DNA from: Glaucostegus cemiculus
Taxonomy: Eukaryota
Reading direction: 5' to 3'
DNA length: 64,000 nucleotides
NCBI GenBank assembly: GCA_976551045.1
Contig: CDPCPM010000323.1
Coordinates: forward strand, 4,464,001-4,528,000
A model generated the notes under the pieces. That model was not told the origin of the DNA, did no database searches, and worked only from the letters and a program-made list of their open reading frames with translations. Positions 27,522 through 41,926 of the stretch are shown here, piece by piece (the stretch's first letter is position 1; each line of letters starts with the position of its first letter). Position numbers and translations under genes: made by a program.

Positions 27522-30500
27522 CGTGATGGGTTCGAGTCTCCTCTGGACACAGGAAGTTGTGAATCTTGGCGGAACCGAGTTAGGAACTACTGAGTGAGAT
27601 GGATCTCTTTTTTTTCTCTGGCAGGTGAACTGAAGGAGGGCTCGTCTGCTCCTCACCTGATCTATTTGCCTATTGAAGAGAATCATTCATTTCATCGACC
27701 GTCATCTGTTTGCTCGACCGATAGTGTAAACTGATAAAAGGTAGCCTTTGGCGAGAGCGAGAGGCTGATATAAATATTCAGAAACCAGGGAAGTACTTTC
27801 GATTTGCAATTTAACTTTCGCCCATTCTTACGGTTAACTTTATGGGCCTATCGATATCGCCGAGGCGAGGGAAAGTGCAGTGGAATGCGATCCGCTCCTT
27901 TTAAACCTCCGAGCGAGTATTACCCCTACCCTGCGCAATTTCGCTCCTTTGCTCTGGTCAGTTCAACGCTTTTAGTGAAAGTTTCCAATATATGGATTTT
28001 TTTTCGGAGTGGTGGGGGTGGGGGGGGAGGTGGTGATGAAAGGCCAAAAGTACAGAAAACAGAGTAGAATGCGTGCATTAGAAGCAACCCAGATTTATAC
28101 TGCGACTGTATTAGTCCAGCAAGAAGAGATGAGGGATAAATAATTGTTACCCTCAACTTCTAATCACCCCCTCTCCCCCTGATATGTGTGGTTACTGGAG
28201 TTTGGAGAACTTTATGTCAAAGTAATTTATCTGTGCTCTGTTTCAACTATAAAGTTGTTTCAGATTCAGGGTACAAAAGTGACCCAGTCCCCCCAAAGCT
28301 TAACACCCCGCCCCGCCCCCATCAACGCTTCGAAGAAGAGCAGATATTTCTTTTGGGGTCTGAGATGATCTGTTGATACAGAACGTGGTTTGTGCCCCAG
28401 TGTAAAATTATCTCCGCGTTTTCCAAAAAGGGTATCTGTGGCTGGTGGAGAATCCCTCCAGCCCCAGGCCTTTGTCTTGGCAGAGTTGAGAGGGGATTGT
28501 GTGTGAATCGTGTGAAAAGGACGGCCAGGGTCGCTTCAGATCGATTTTTATTTGTCCCCTCTGTCTTTTCGGATCAGCGCCCTTCAATGGACACATAGGC
28601 GCTCTTTCAAGAGAAAAACCTTGTGCAACATTTCTGGCCTGATTGCAGCTAAATACTGCTCACCCTCCGGATTCTGGCGTTGGAATCTGCTGCAATTAAA
28701 TCATTAAGTACATGTGCACTTCCAAATCTTGCCAGTATTAGCCGCTCCACCACTTTTCCATGCAGCCATTTCCAATGGCACAATAGATAGCAGAACCTAA
28801 ACAACACATAGACATTTCTACTGGACACTATAGAACATATAATAACATATACCGACAGTACAGTGTTTTTTATACAAAGAAACAAATATTTATGTGTGTT
28901 AAAAGGAAGAAATTTACAAGTAAAATTGTCAAACGGAGGAGAATCCTTTAAAATGCATGACTATAAATCTTATCGCTAATGTGTAACACTATGCTTTAAT
29001 TGTTGATAATGTGAGCATTGCTTATTTTCAAGGTGTTTAATGTCTGTATGCCTAACTCTGTTAGATATATATATATGGAGCACCGAATTTCTTAAAAGTC
29101 TTGTGGTTTGATTGAGATGAGGCCGATTAATACGTGAAGCATTTTATTTTAACGCGAAGCGACAGTTTATTCATTTAAAAAAATAATTCGTTTTAGTCAC
29201 AATCATGTTGACTATATTGAGTGAATACTTTTTTTTAAAGTTAACAGTGGCTAAGTCTTGAGAAGTATGCGCAACATGTAAGAATATAATATTGTGACCT
29301 ATTTGTCAAGGATAGAACGCACCGGGCTGCTTGACAATGAAAAAAATATTAACAACGTTGCAGTGAATATACAAAAGTATTTTTAATTTCTAAGTTAATT
29401 TTTAGTAGTCCAGATAATGAAAAATGTGTGAACGTTATTGTTCCTGCAATTTTTAATAGTGAAAAATACCTGGCTGAATAATAATGGTAAAATATAACAT
29501 AGCTAGAAATAAATACACACGATTTATTGGCGGACGCACAGTCCTTCGAGTGCATGGCGCCACTAAAATTCGGATCAGCACCAATAGGCGCTGGATAAAG
29601 CTAATAAGTAGTAATGTACAGTGCAGCTTTAATAAGATTCACCCAGTTTTATGAATGGAAAGTTGACGATAACAAGACAACCAGCTTATTATGTGTCGTG
29701 TCGCACTGAAGGGTTACTGTCGTGACTCAGAGGTTGAGGCAAGAAGAAATTGATCTTAACAGAGGAGCAGAAAGAAAAAGGCTTGAAAGGTACACCATAG
29801 AGAGCAGCAGACAGTAGTTGTCTACAGATTACAACACGCCGCCTATTGGGTCTTGTATCGATTGGGAGGGAAGCTGAAGATGTCACCACACTAAATATTT
29901 ACTGATCACACACAAATAACACGGGCATATCGATTGTTTTTCGCTGGTGAGAACGGAGCAAAGGGGTAAATCATTGTGTGTAAAGAGAGGTTTTAAAGGC
30001 ATGTTTCAGATGTGGGGATAACAGGATAAAAAGAGGTGCGAAAATCGATAGACACTGATTAGGAAGCGATTTCTGACAGTGGGGTAAGTGCAAGACCAAG
30101 GATAAAAACAAGACTGTGTTGTAAAATTATGGAAAGAAAATTGAAGAGATGGCGAGGGGTGAGACATCTGTAGAAGATGCAGGGAGTTGGGCATCAATTG
30201 CATTTGTCTTAAATGCTGTTATAAAACGAAAAGGATGGACACATAATACACGGTACATACCCCTGCATGCATACAGTATATGGGTACATTCCAATGCATT
30301 CCACGGATAAATACTAAGTGTCACAACATTGATGTAAACAGAAACACTTAAAAATACACATAAATGCTGAAGCAAAACTAGATAACATTTTATACAAATT
30401 GAGATTCCATCTATATTTAGCTGTATAGCTGCATAGAAGCGAAAAGGCAAACTACATCCCGAGGTATCTGGGAAGTCTAATTAGCGATTTGCAGAGTGTC

Positions 30501-33500
30501 ATCTCCTGTTTTGCACTCCCTGGAGATAAACTGCGAGCTGCAGGTGGAGAGAATGATGGTGTGTGCGTTTGTGTGAGGGAGAAAATGCGTTTTCCCTCAC
30601 CTTCCAGCAAAGTCCCGCGCCCAGACTAGGATGGACACCTCTGACCCAGGGCCTCACGCTGCTGCCCTGATTAACCCATACAGGGCCAAGATATAACAAA
30701 GCTTAACCAGGCTAATGAACACGCTAAAAAAAAATAATCTGATCGAGTTTGAAGGCTGGTCGGAAAGGTTTAGAGTAAACGAGAATGTTGCTAGAATCTG
30801 ATTGATGTTTAACTGGGCACATGGTAGAGAATCAGTACTGGTCTCTCGTGATAAACTTCTTTGAGGTATAGTGTATTGTGAAGATGTCGGCAAATATAGG
30901 ATTAGCTGATATGTTTTAAACTGAATGCTGATCTCACAACTGGAATTTTGGGATTGGGTTATTGTGCACGAGCTCCTGGAAAATCCCAAGTGGTTAAAGT
31001 TCTTAAGTTTTAGCTGTATGATTTTTGTAACAATTGAATTTACTGGAAATCCTCCTTATAAAAGCACCCCGCCACCCCTTCCCCTTCCCCTGTCTTCATT
31101 GTATGTCATCCGAAGAATCCACTTTTTTAAAATCCTTAAAAACACAAATGGTAACACGTGTGATTTTCGTAATTCAAGCCCATTCCGAACGCATAAATTC
31201 ATCCGAACAAACTCACGACGCACTTTGAATTTACTTACGTTACACCATAAATGATGTTGAAAGGTGGCAAGGAAATTTGATCGATACACAAAGACACAAG
31301 AAACAAACAATAAACAAGAGCTGTCAACGGGGATTGTCAGAAAGATGATTTGCGGCGGAAGAAAGTGAAAGTGTGGTTAGCAAAGTGATGCATATTCTGA
31401 GGATTGAAAATAGATCTGAAAAAAATATAGGATTTAATAAGTAGATGTGTCCAGCGGATGCATATCCAGGCTACCCATGTCTTGACAATAGTATTGCGGG
31501 AATCAACATAATAAACTTAAAGGAAAAAAAAAACTCCCCTAAAACCTTTTTTTCAACTTTCCTAGTTGCTTCTAAACTAGTGCAGACACGATTTGTGTTA
31601 CCGATGTAAACCAATTTGTCACTGTCCACTTTAATTATTGGGGAAACGCCAGGTTTTTGCAGTGTTTCCTCTTAATATATCGGTAAGGGTTTTTACGTGT
31701 ATCCCCCGGATAGCCTTGTACCACACAACTTCGCTCCTCTCTTGCTTTCGGCGATCTCTCATGTAACTTTTCCAAAATACAAGATTGTTTTAACTGAGAG
31801 TTCAGAACTTAGAGAAGTATTAAACAAGTTATCAGTCTCTCTTTCACCCCAGCTCCCCATTCTGTACAAAACTGCCGTCCTGCCGATTGCAATGATCATC
31901 CCTTCCATTTATTAGTTAATCAGTGGGACTTTCTGCTCTTGTCTGCATCTTTTTTTCATGTCAGTGATAGCTAAGTGTTTCATTGCCATTTTAAAACACG
32001 ATTTCGCCATTCTTATTGTGCTGCATGTTAAAGACGAATCCAAATGTTGGCCTCTTGTTCTGCTTTACTAATCTGGATCTGGACAGTATCATATTTTTTA
32101 ACCAAAGAACCATTTTGTTTATTTAAGGTGTAGTTAGCAGGCAGTGCCCGTTTTCACCTGCTGTCTGCTTTGAATTTCTTGCTGAACAGTCAATTCACTA
32201 CTCGTTTTAACTTTCATTAATCACCGACTTGAATGCTTTAACTTTTACGTTTCTTGTGCTTTTTTTTTTACATTCCTTCCATAAACACTTTGTTGTTCAT
32301 TTAAAGGTGCAGGTTACACTCCCTCCCCCACCCCCCCTCACCTTCCCTATCTGTCTCTGTGCCCCCAGGGCCAATCTGAGAACACGCAGCCAGTAGATTG
32401 CTTTCAGAGGCTGGCTCTGCGATGATGGATTGCCATGTCAATTTAACCGGCGAAGGATTAATTTGTTTCAATGATTTCTCTTTAGGCAGAACGCCAGCAT
32501 TTTTCTATCTCTTCCTTTCCCCTTCCCTCTCGTCTTTACAACCAAAGTGGATGTAGTTTGTAAGGGTGATAATAGTAAGAGATAAGTTTGACTCTGCTGT
32601 GCCGTGACATTGCAATAGGGTTACTCTGTGATTCTCTATCTCCTTAAAATGACTGCTTGCTATCCGGTTACAACTTAACAATCAAATTTATTATGTCTGT
32701 GATGCTTTTTTCATAATTCAGCGCAAAACAGTTTCTGTATACTTCGTTTTCCTAACATCGTTAACACACCAAGTACAAAATTGATAATTTTAAAGTTTTG
32801 TATTTAATTTCTGTATTCCAAATTTTTTTTTTCAAATTGTCTTTCCAGGAAGGATTCTGAACACACCTTACTACACATTATGAGCAACCGGAACAATATT
32901 CTGGTAAATGCATTTTTTTTTCTCTCTGTCTAAGGAAGACCCAGTTTTGCTCTTTGCAAGCTAATGGCCTAGGTTTTCTGCTACCTCCCACTCCCGGGTA
33001 TTAGCAAGACGGATCTGCAACCCTCCCCACTTCCACCTCCTTCATACTCCAATGATAACTTGACTCCATTGCATCCAATTGCTTACCGAAATCTTGCATC
33101 TCAATAATTATTACAATTAATTAGATTTTACTGTATTAGCTTTCAAATACATAATAGATGGTCGTCGATTTCATAACATCCAAAGATAACTTTTGGTTTT
33201 GCATTTTCTGCAATGGTATGAACATTGAGTTCCCAATACTAAGAGACTGATCCCATATGATTGGAATTTATATTGAATAAAATATTGCGGGCGAAGTAGG
33301 AAAGCACTGATCAATTCGAACTGAATAGGTTTGGTATTCGATTGCATTTGTGCTATCTTTCGAACAGTACAAGAGAAGTAGGCTAGTGTGGAATCTCCCT
33401 TCTGCCCTTCTAGATGACAATTTAGATGTTAGTGGATCACATGGCACAAATAGCTGTAGACTCCTATCGAAAACTTGGTGAAGAAGATTAATAGGACTCG

Positions 33501-34879
33501 TCAGAGCTATGAAAGCACAGCTTTGCAGTAAATTTATGCTCCAGGAAGATAAATTGCTGATGAAGATTTTAGTTATCAAACATCTCCAGTCCTCAGATAC
33601 TGGATTTAATTAGTATTTTTTTCTCTCTCTCCAAAATCTGAAATTATGTTGTGCACGAATCAGCTTCGTAAGATAATTAAAACATCTATGTTTCAGCGTG
33701 GCTCCATTTGGCTTTTATTTCGGGCAAACTTTGCATTTATGTCTAATGGATAAACAGCCCCTACCCCCTCCCCGTCCTGCTTTGCCTTATTTGAAATATT
33801 ATGCTTACCCTTTACTTCTAAGAGAACATTATTCAAATCGCTGATTTATGATCAATAGCAGCCGACAGAAATGCGTGTACTGTTTAACTACCTCCTTCTT
33901 CAGTGATGGAAATAGCTGTAAGGAGAAGGTATAACATATCCTTCATGCCAAGAGTTTTGGGACTACAATAAAAGCCGGCGGTAAAGTGCATAGCAGAATA
34001 ACAACTTTGCATATACATTTTAATAATCGATGCTTCACAATAGTAGCTGTCACTTTCCTCACATCTCCTTTAACCGTTCACCAAGGTATCTGTCTCAGAA
34101 CCCCCAGCTCAGATCCCGATCACATTTCCTGCACTTCGAGCATTTTGATATTTCAAAGTAATTAGAATTGTTTAGCGATTGCCATCTGATATTTAAGCGC
34201 GCTGGGGTTGGGGCGTTTGTGAAGGGGACGCTCTAGGCTGAAGTCACTTGACGAATATATGACTTGGCGGAAAGATAAAAGAAAAGTTCTTTTAATGTAG
34301 CTGCGCTGTGAATTTTGCGAACAGTATTGATTCACTGACAGGCAGTAAATTTGTGTGTGTGTTTGTGTTGGAAACTGCTGTTTTAAGGTCCGTTTGTTCA
34401 GCTCTTCAATTTTGAGTCAAACTCCATAACTTTTGTTCGAACACGTGTATAGACGCGGGTGGGTGGACAACAGGAAAAGTTAAACAGCAGTTGCATTTAA
34501 CACACGATTTTTACCTCAAAATATTTCCCTGCGCATTGCGCATTCCCATATTTCGATTGCGCACAAGAAAATATCTCATGTTCAGAATATCAATTGCAGT
34601 AGAAAATGTGATGTATCTTGGAACGTGGAGCTTTATATCTTAACAGAATGCCATGAATAAATGGAATATCTGTGGCTGTAAAACTGGCACACAATATTAT
34701 GTAACAGAGAAGGTGAATTAACAGTACTTTTATTCATTATCGAGGAATCTGAGACTTCATTGCGAAATGAACAGTGCATACGTTGGTTCATTTTGACCAC
34801 GTCTCATTTAAACTTCAAGCACATATCTTTTTCGCTGCCAATAAATTCGCAAATCTACTTTGACGAAAAACAGCGAGTA

Positions 34880-34995
34880 GCTTAAGAAGTTGAAGTAGTC
34901 GTGGGCTGTTCAGCCCTTCTATCTGCTTCGCTGTTCAATAAAATCATGGCTGATCTTTCACCTCAGTGGCACTTCCTGCATCTCCCCGCATCCAA
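34880..34995 (-). mobile_element. Decayed CR1-type LINE/SINE 3' tail fragment
   Basis: Similar to the copy at 45170-45299 (cagccc...ctgc...ttcaataa.atcatg.tgatct...ctcag...cactt). Confidence 0.6.
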
Positions 34996-37900
34996 TGGTA
35001 TTCTTTAAAAAGATCTTGAATTTATTGTCTCAATGTTCTAGTAATGAACCGTAACACCGTGAGATGATAGAATCTACTACAAAATAGATGCTTAGCTTTC
35101 AAACTAATCATTAATAAAATTCTTTTCAGAATTTTGTGTCCAGTGTTGGAAAAAAATCGAGCTTGGCCATTCTGGTCCGTGCAATGCCTGGTTAAAATAT
35201 CAACTTCATTTTCCTAAAATGTTCATAGATTTTAACTAATTTAGTCAAATTGATAGTTGTCTTTTATCATTGTTATTGTTAGTAATAATCCTAGATTTCG
35301 ACCATTCTAACTGCCAACATTCTACCCCACATCAGGTTCTCTCATCAACCCGAATCAGCTGGGATACAGTACTGAAACTGGTCATACTCTTATGCAGAAC
35401 ATTAAAGGATATTGCACCTGTGAAATTTACTTTCCATTCTTACATAGGCAAGGTGGAGGCAATGTCAATCTGTCACTGGAGGCAGAAGATTTAATATATT
35501 CCCCTCGAAAGCTGTTGAATTTCAGTTTGAAAGTTTCACTCATGGGATGGTCTAATTATCATTCTTTCCTTTTTTCTACATTTAAATACACATGTTTAAT
35601 CACAGTAGCTGTTATAGTAATGCTAAACTTTGACATGCCCATATTCAAAGTTCAAACTGCAGACAAAATGCATTCCTGGCCATATTTTAGAGCGTGCATC
35701 TGCAAAATCTATATGTGTTAAATTTCCAGTGGATTTCCCATGTGCATTTGTTGGGGATGTAACAGGTTAGTTCACAATTAACATGCAACAAAGAGGCAAG
35801 TATTTAATTCATGGTTAAACATCCAATTATTTAATAACTTCTGAGATAATTATATTGCATGTAAAATTGTACTTTTGTGCTTAATAATTTGTGATGGTGC
35901 CAGATATAAATTTTAAAATAGTTATTATTTGCTGCAAATAGGCAATTCTTCATATTTATTTGTGACTTGAACCCATGAGCAAAGATTTGAATTAATGGCA
36001 GTGGTAACATGTCCCATTGAAAGGCAATGAAAATATATTTTTTATACCAAAGCGCATCTTTGCACAATCACAACATTTGGGCAGTATAGTAGAACCGGTG
36101 GCCAGGCGCATATATGGAAAACAAAGTTTATTCCGTATCACCACTAATCAGATTTTGTCACACTTTGATTTAGGTTGCACGTCCTATGGTTTGCAGCTCA
36201 GAACACACATGAAGATGTAATCAGACAATTTGTCACAAGCAGCTTTACTGGAATCCCATCAGGAACAAAGCTAAGTAAAAAAGATATCAATTGATATTTA
36301 ATTGAAAGAACATCCTAGCTCATGTTATAATCAGTAATTCAAATGATAGTTTAAACACAACTTGCTTCTACAGAGATTTCTTATGCAATGGGTATATTCA
36401 ACATTTCAAAAGCTACTTAAAACCCATCTGATTTGGCTTTTCAATATAAAGTAAGAAAAATTATTTGTCTTGAATAATTATGTAAAAGACAGCAGTAGCT
36501 TTATTATAAAATAGTTTGAGCCAGTTTCTATCTCTTTCTATAGATCAATGAAAATCTGTTTAAATCCTTAGTGAACACACAATAAGAAATTCAATACATC
36601 CTCGTATGTATCTTGGCATATTTTGGAATGTAAATAGATGCCATCACTATTGGGGAAAGAAGCAGTAAATATCAAAGAAAATGCTTGGCGTTTTAAACAC
36701 AAACCACATTTTAAGTGTTCAACATTGACTTCAATCCAGCTGGATCTGCTTCTTCATTTTACCAGATGCTCCAGTATATGTTTCTGGGGCTTCTCCTTAT
36801 CCTCCAGTTTGTTTAACATATGGACTTTGGTGCCATTCATCTTTTTTGTATTCTTTATACATCTTGGAATCATCAAATGACATGTTCCAGACATATTGGT
36901 TTTTGCATATACTTTGACCTCAGTCCCAGTTCCCTTTCCTGTTTCAGATTCTTAGACATTTATAGTGTCCATCAGCCTACTGTAATGGCCATCACACACA
37001 ATATGGGCAAGAATTCAGAAAGAAGTCCCTTGTAAGTGTTCAGAAACACTGCCCAGTAATTTTTGAGTTCATGAGTCACAAAATATGAGTTCTTGGAATG
37101 TTTTCCAACTCAGAGCCCAATGTCACCAGCAAGCACATTCATAACAATGTGTTGAGATAGGGAATATTTTTTTCCATTGGCCTTCTGAATCATGTGCACT
37201 GGCTTAAATTTTGCAGAGCATTTCCATTTTTCCTTCTTTCTACAGTAACCTGATCATTTACTTACCATACAAAACAGGAAACACAAAACTAATAGTACCA
37301 AATTTTGACTCTGCATTGTTGATCCATGGCCCTAGAAATCAGGTTCAACTCACACAGGGCAGACCAGCTGTCGGAAATAACTGCTTGAAGTCCTTGTGCT
37401 TTCATACATACCTGGGCCAGATGCAGTGGACCAATCCCAGTGGTCTGTAGTTGGACCATGAAATCTGGATGGCAACAAATCGTTGTGTAAGGTAGTCCTG
37501 GAATATTCATGATAAGTTTTGTCAAAGGGCAATGTTGGAGGGTTATGGTGGAGAGGTAGAAAGGGTGGTTGTTGAAAATTTGCCATCTGTCATGAATGTT
37601 AACACACTTTCAATGTTTCAGACATCCAGAGATATTTAAATATTACTGTAATTGAAGTAAATAATTAGAAATACTGACAATTATCAAATAATTTTTGAAA
37701 AAAGATTCAGAACATATAAAATTAGAACTAATTGGGAATATTAAACTAAAACAAAATAATTGACATAAATTCTAACTTACTTTCTCTGCCTCTTGAACAA
37801 CAGATCTAGAATCTCCTTTCAAATCAATGGGTCTCACATCTTGCAAAATATGTGAATGGTGCAGGATCTGAGTCGGTGGAGACAGTGCTGGTTAAAGTGG

Positions 37901-38059
37901 CATGATAAATTGACAAATTTGGGGTGGAGAGAGAGGACGGCAGTGGAGAGGTGAACTGATAGAATCTATGAGCGGTACATGTGCATAAGTCTTGTTTGAA
38001 CAGTTGAACATCAGTATTGTAGTTCACAGTTGGCAACACCTGACCCATTGATTTTACAA

Positions 38060-38340
38060 CAATAGCAATACCAACTTGCACTTATGTAACAACTTTAGAG
38101 CTGTTGAAATTTCCAACGAACTTGAGGGGAATTTATTAGATACAGTTAGGAATCCAGTCAAAAAGAGGTAATATGTAGCCAGAAGCTGATCCAACAAGAC
38201 AGGTTATAAGGAGGAGAGAGAGGCAGAGAAGCAGAAAGGTCTCGGGAGAGAGTGCCAGAGCCTTGAGCATAGACAGCTGAACACAGGTATGCCAAGGGTG
38301 GAGTGAAGGAAATTGAAGGAATGCAGAGATTAAGGAAAAA
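38060..38340 (-). mobile_element. Old L2-like LINE 3' fragment
   Basis: caacttgcac.tat.ta start and ggaggagagagaggcagag...gggagagagt.ccagagc segment resemble reverse-complemented L2 3' ends (recall). Confidence 0.45.
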
Positions 38341-41300
38341 TTAGGTGGGACATGATAAGCAGAACTTTCATCTGTCAGTATGTACTGGATATGAAAAGAA
38401 AAACAAAGTTATCATTCTTTATCATTTCAATCCTTTAGCAAGATTAGTTATTAATTACTGATAAAACCATAACTAATAAATAACATTGTAGTTTGAGGGT
38501 TAATATTTTATGCATTTGTTTTGAAACTAATCTTGCGATAGAAATGGTGGGTTGTAATGATTGAAGGCCAGGGCATATTATCAAAAGATGACAGCAGCTG
38601 CATTTCAGCACCTCATCCGAGGCCAACACATGATTAATTCTGGATTCACTAGATGGAATAAAATGGTAGTTTGCAAGTGGAAGACAAAAGTTTCCACTTG
38701 TAAATAGTAGTAGCTTTTGATGTGAATGCTAACTAAATAATGGTATACACAAAAAGAAATCCTGCATTCTCTTAATTTCAAACTTTGAAAGCTTTAGCAA
38801 ATGCTAACTCTGCAGATTTAGAAATACAAATCATCACTAGTAAAACCTCAGTGTGGCTTCAAGCTAACTTTGTGTGATCTATCACATGAGAGAAACATGT
38901 TGGTACAAACATAATACATTTTAATATGCAGCAATGTTCCCTAAAATGATGAAAATGTGGATCATTTTCTTATCCATGCATCAAGCAAGAAATTACAATG
39001 AAAATTAATCAACTTGACTGGATTTAACCTTGCAATAGACTCATATACTGTCATGAGGAAGTTATCATTAAATGCCAAACTCCATTTTGCCAAAATGAAA
39101 ATAGTCAGAGAAAACTGCCGGAGAAAAGAAAGCACAAGGCTTTATTTACATTATTTCTTTACTGTGTTGTCAGATTACTGCTGCAATCTTCAAACAGCAA
39201 AGATAGAGAATAAACATCAGTTAACCATCATGCCTTTAAGCAATTAAATTTTCATATGCAATTGTCTACATGACTGAGATTTTTCAGAGAAAAAAAACAA
39301 TGTGCTAATATATTGAGTCTGAAGGGTTTGTTTGGCAAATGTTCCAGACAATTTGAGTTCTAACACAAACAAACTAATTTGATTGTTTAAGGGTATTAGA
39401 TGCTGGCTTATTTAAACCTCCTGCAGTTCTTTCACATTATGAGCATTAGATTCTTTTGTAGCTTTGAACTTTCAAGTTATGTTGGATATATACTGTATTC
39501 TGGAACTGCTATGAAAATATCTGATAATCAAAGACTTCACAAGATGCTAAAAGGTTTCCAGTACCTTGCATTTTCAAAACTGTCACATCTTTACTTTCTG
39601 ACAAGACACAAGAAACTGAAAGACTCAGGGCAACAGGTGAAGTTAAAGCAGGACACAAAACTAGAAACATCATGGAATAAAATAATAAGAATAATAAGTA
39701 TAATGTTTTCTTCCATCTCACTGCTGCAGATATTCGAAAGCTCAAGGAATAACTTTTCCATTCTCCCAGCTAGCCAATCTTTTTAGCAGAAGTTAATGTG
39801 ATGGCTAATGGTGCATCTTTACACAGATTATAATTTGTTTATAGTAAAGGCAGACAAGCATGCCTCCATGAATGTTCTTCCATGCAAGTAACATGTGATT
39901 GCAGTGGCCTCTTATCACAAAATTTCAAATTATTCATTTTGTTTTTGCTGTTAGTTGCAATATTTTTTTTAGAATCTGTTATTTGATGCAGCAATGATTT
40001 TACTTACTTACATTATATTGACACTCCTGATTTTCCTTGAATGTGCACAGATGGGAGCTCATAGCCTGAATTCTTACTGGTAAGGAGGATTTGTTTTCAT
40101 AACTGTAAGAAACAGAATATTTTTAATAATATATTTTAATCCATAACCGAATCATGTGTAAGTTCCTTGCAGCTAACCTGATATATCACAGCATATAAGG
40201 TACTATTAGCTTACAGATGTTATATTTGATTCAAATTAAACATGTATCTTTACTTGTGGTAAACAAGTTGTGTATCTAGTACTAATTGCTTTCTTCTTTG
40301 TTAATAGTACCAGGAAATATTTGTCCCTCAATGTAATATCTATCTTTTGCTCAAGTTCAGTAATAGAACACCAAACACAATTAAAGTTATAGGGAAATAT
40401 AAACATTCCAGAAGTTTCAAAGAGATGAAAATTATTTGAGCTTTTTGAAAGATCTAATTTGAAGAAGTTTCATTATGGAGGTTTCAGGGGATGCAAAATA
40501 GTGGCCACATGTGGGCACCAATCATAAATTTATGCCTATTAGTTCTACTAGTCAAGTTTCTGAAAATCCAAGCATCACTGCCATTGATACAGTGTACAAA
40601 ATAAAATCAATATTTCATGAAAATAATGAATCTGATTATGCCAAGCTAACTGAAGTAAATGATCGTTCTTGCACTTAACTGACACTACAAAGTAAATTCA
40701 TGGGACATTCTGCATAGCTTTAGATTATTATTACATGGAATTTTTCAAGTGTTCATTTTTCCTGTTTTATACTCTAAAAAATAAGTTATTTGAACCTCTT
40801 TGATCTATGTAGTTTCAATTCTACTGGAATGCTGCATATTCTCTAGCAGTTGAATAAAATATTTCATGACTGCCTCAGAAAACAAGGGAGAACACACATA
40901 TGTTTATAAATTTCAAAACTATCATAAAGAAATGAAAAAATGCTTGTTTAAATGGGTGGAGTGAGTGGTCACAGAATGTCATGTGACCAAATCTCCAAGA
41001 ATATGTCCAGCCAGAGAAAACAACTTTCCATGCTGTACATCATAGCATCAGCTCTTAAAATGAGTCACTAGATGGAGAGGAAAATGTTAATCAAAGAATA
41101 AGAAGAGCAAAAAAAAAGTTAGTTGTTTTATTTATTTTTGAGACATTTTTGAATGAATTTCGGGATAACATGAATTCATCCAATATTTCTTCAAGTGTTG
41201 TTTGAAATGTTGATCAGGAACTGCAAATAAATAAATGGGAGAAAGAAGTGTATGTGCCAATAATCAATGTCAAATAGCATTTGGGATCAATTAACTGAAT

Positions 41301-41791
41301 GGAATGTTGAAGTTCCTTGTTTATACATACCCTCCCTTGATCTATGCTTGGAGTCAAAAAACAGCCCAAGGTCTGAGGACACAGTCCAGTAAAGTAAGAA
41401 TTCAATAAATTATCCCTAAATTTAGAATGGCCAGCAAAAAATGAAGCAAAACATTGGACATATTTTTGTAATTGCATCTTAGGTATACCTTAAACTAGTC
41501 TGGCAAAGTAAAGGTGCTACATTGCAAAATAGTGTGATTACAGGAGTTCCAGTTAAAAAATGTTTTTTTTAATCATAATCTAAGGACAATTGTGTGTTGA
41601 AACATTTCCTTTAATCTCAGATTGATCCTAGTAAGGGAGAATGAATATCTTATTTTTGGAGGCATAAGTAAAATGATTTTGGTCAGTGTCAGTTGACACT
41701 GGTATAATCTGGCACAGTTAATTTAATTGCAAAGTATTGTGAGAGATGGAAAAAGTGTGCCAATGCTGAGTGTATGCAGACATGTGTGCAC

Positions 41792-41926
41792 NNNNNNNNN
41801 NNNNNNNNNNNNNNNNNNNNNNNNNNNNNNNNNNNNNNNNNNNNNNNNNNNNNNNNNNNNNNNNNNNNNNNNNNNNNNNNNNNNNNNNNNNNNNNNNNNN
41901 NNNNNNNNNNNNNNNNNNNNNNNNNN
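41792..41926. other. Assembly gap (135 N)
   Basis: Run of n. Confidence 1.

Noticed and set aside
27366-27686. 106-aa minus ORF as a stand-alone gene
   Set aside because: Only the internal 17-codon segment ending at a splice donor is supported. The rest has no coding signature.
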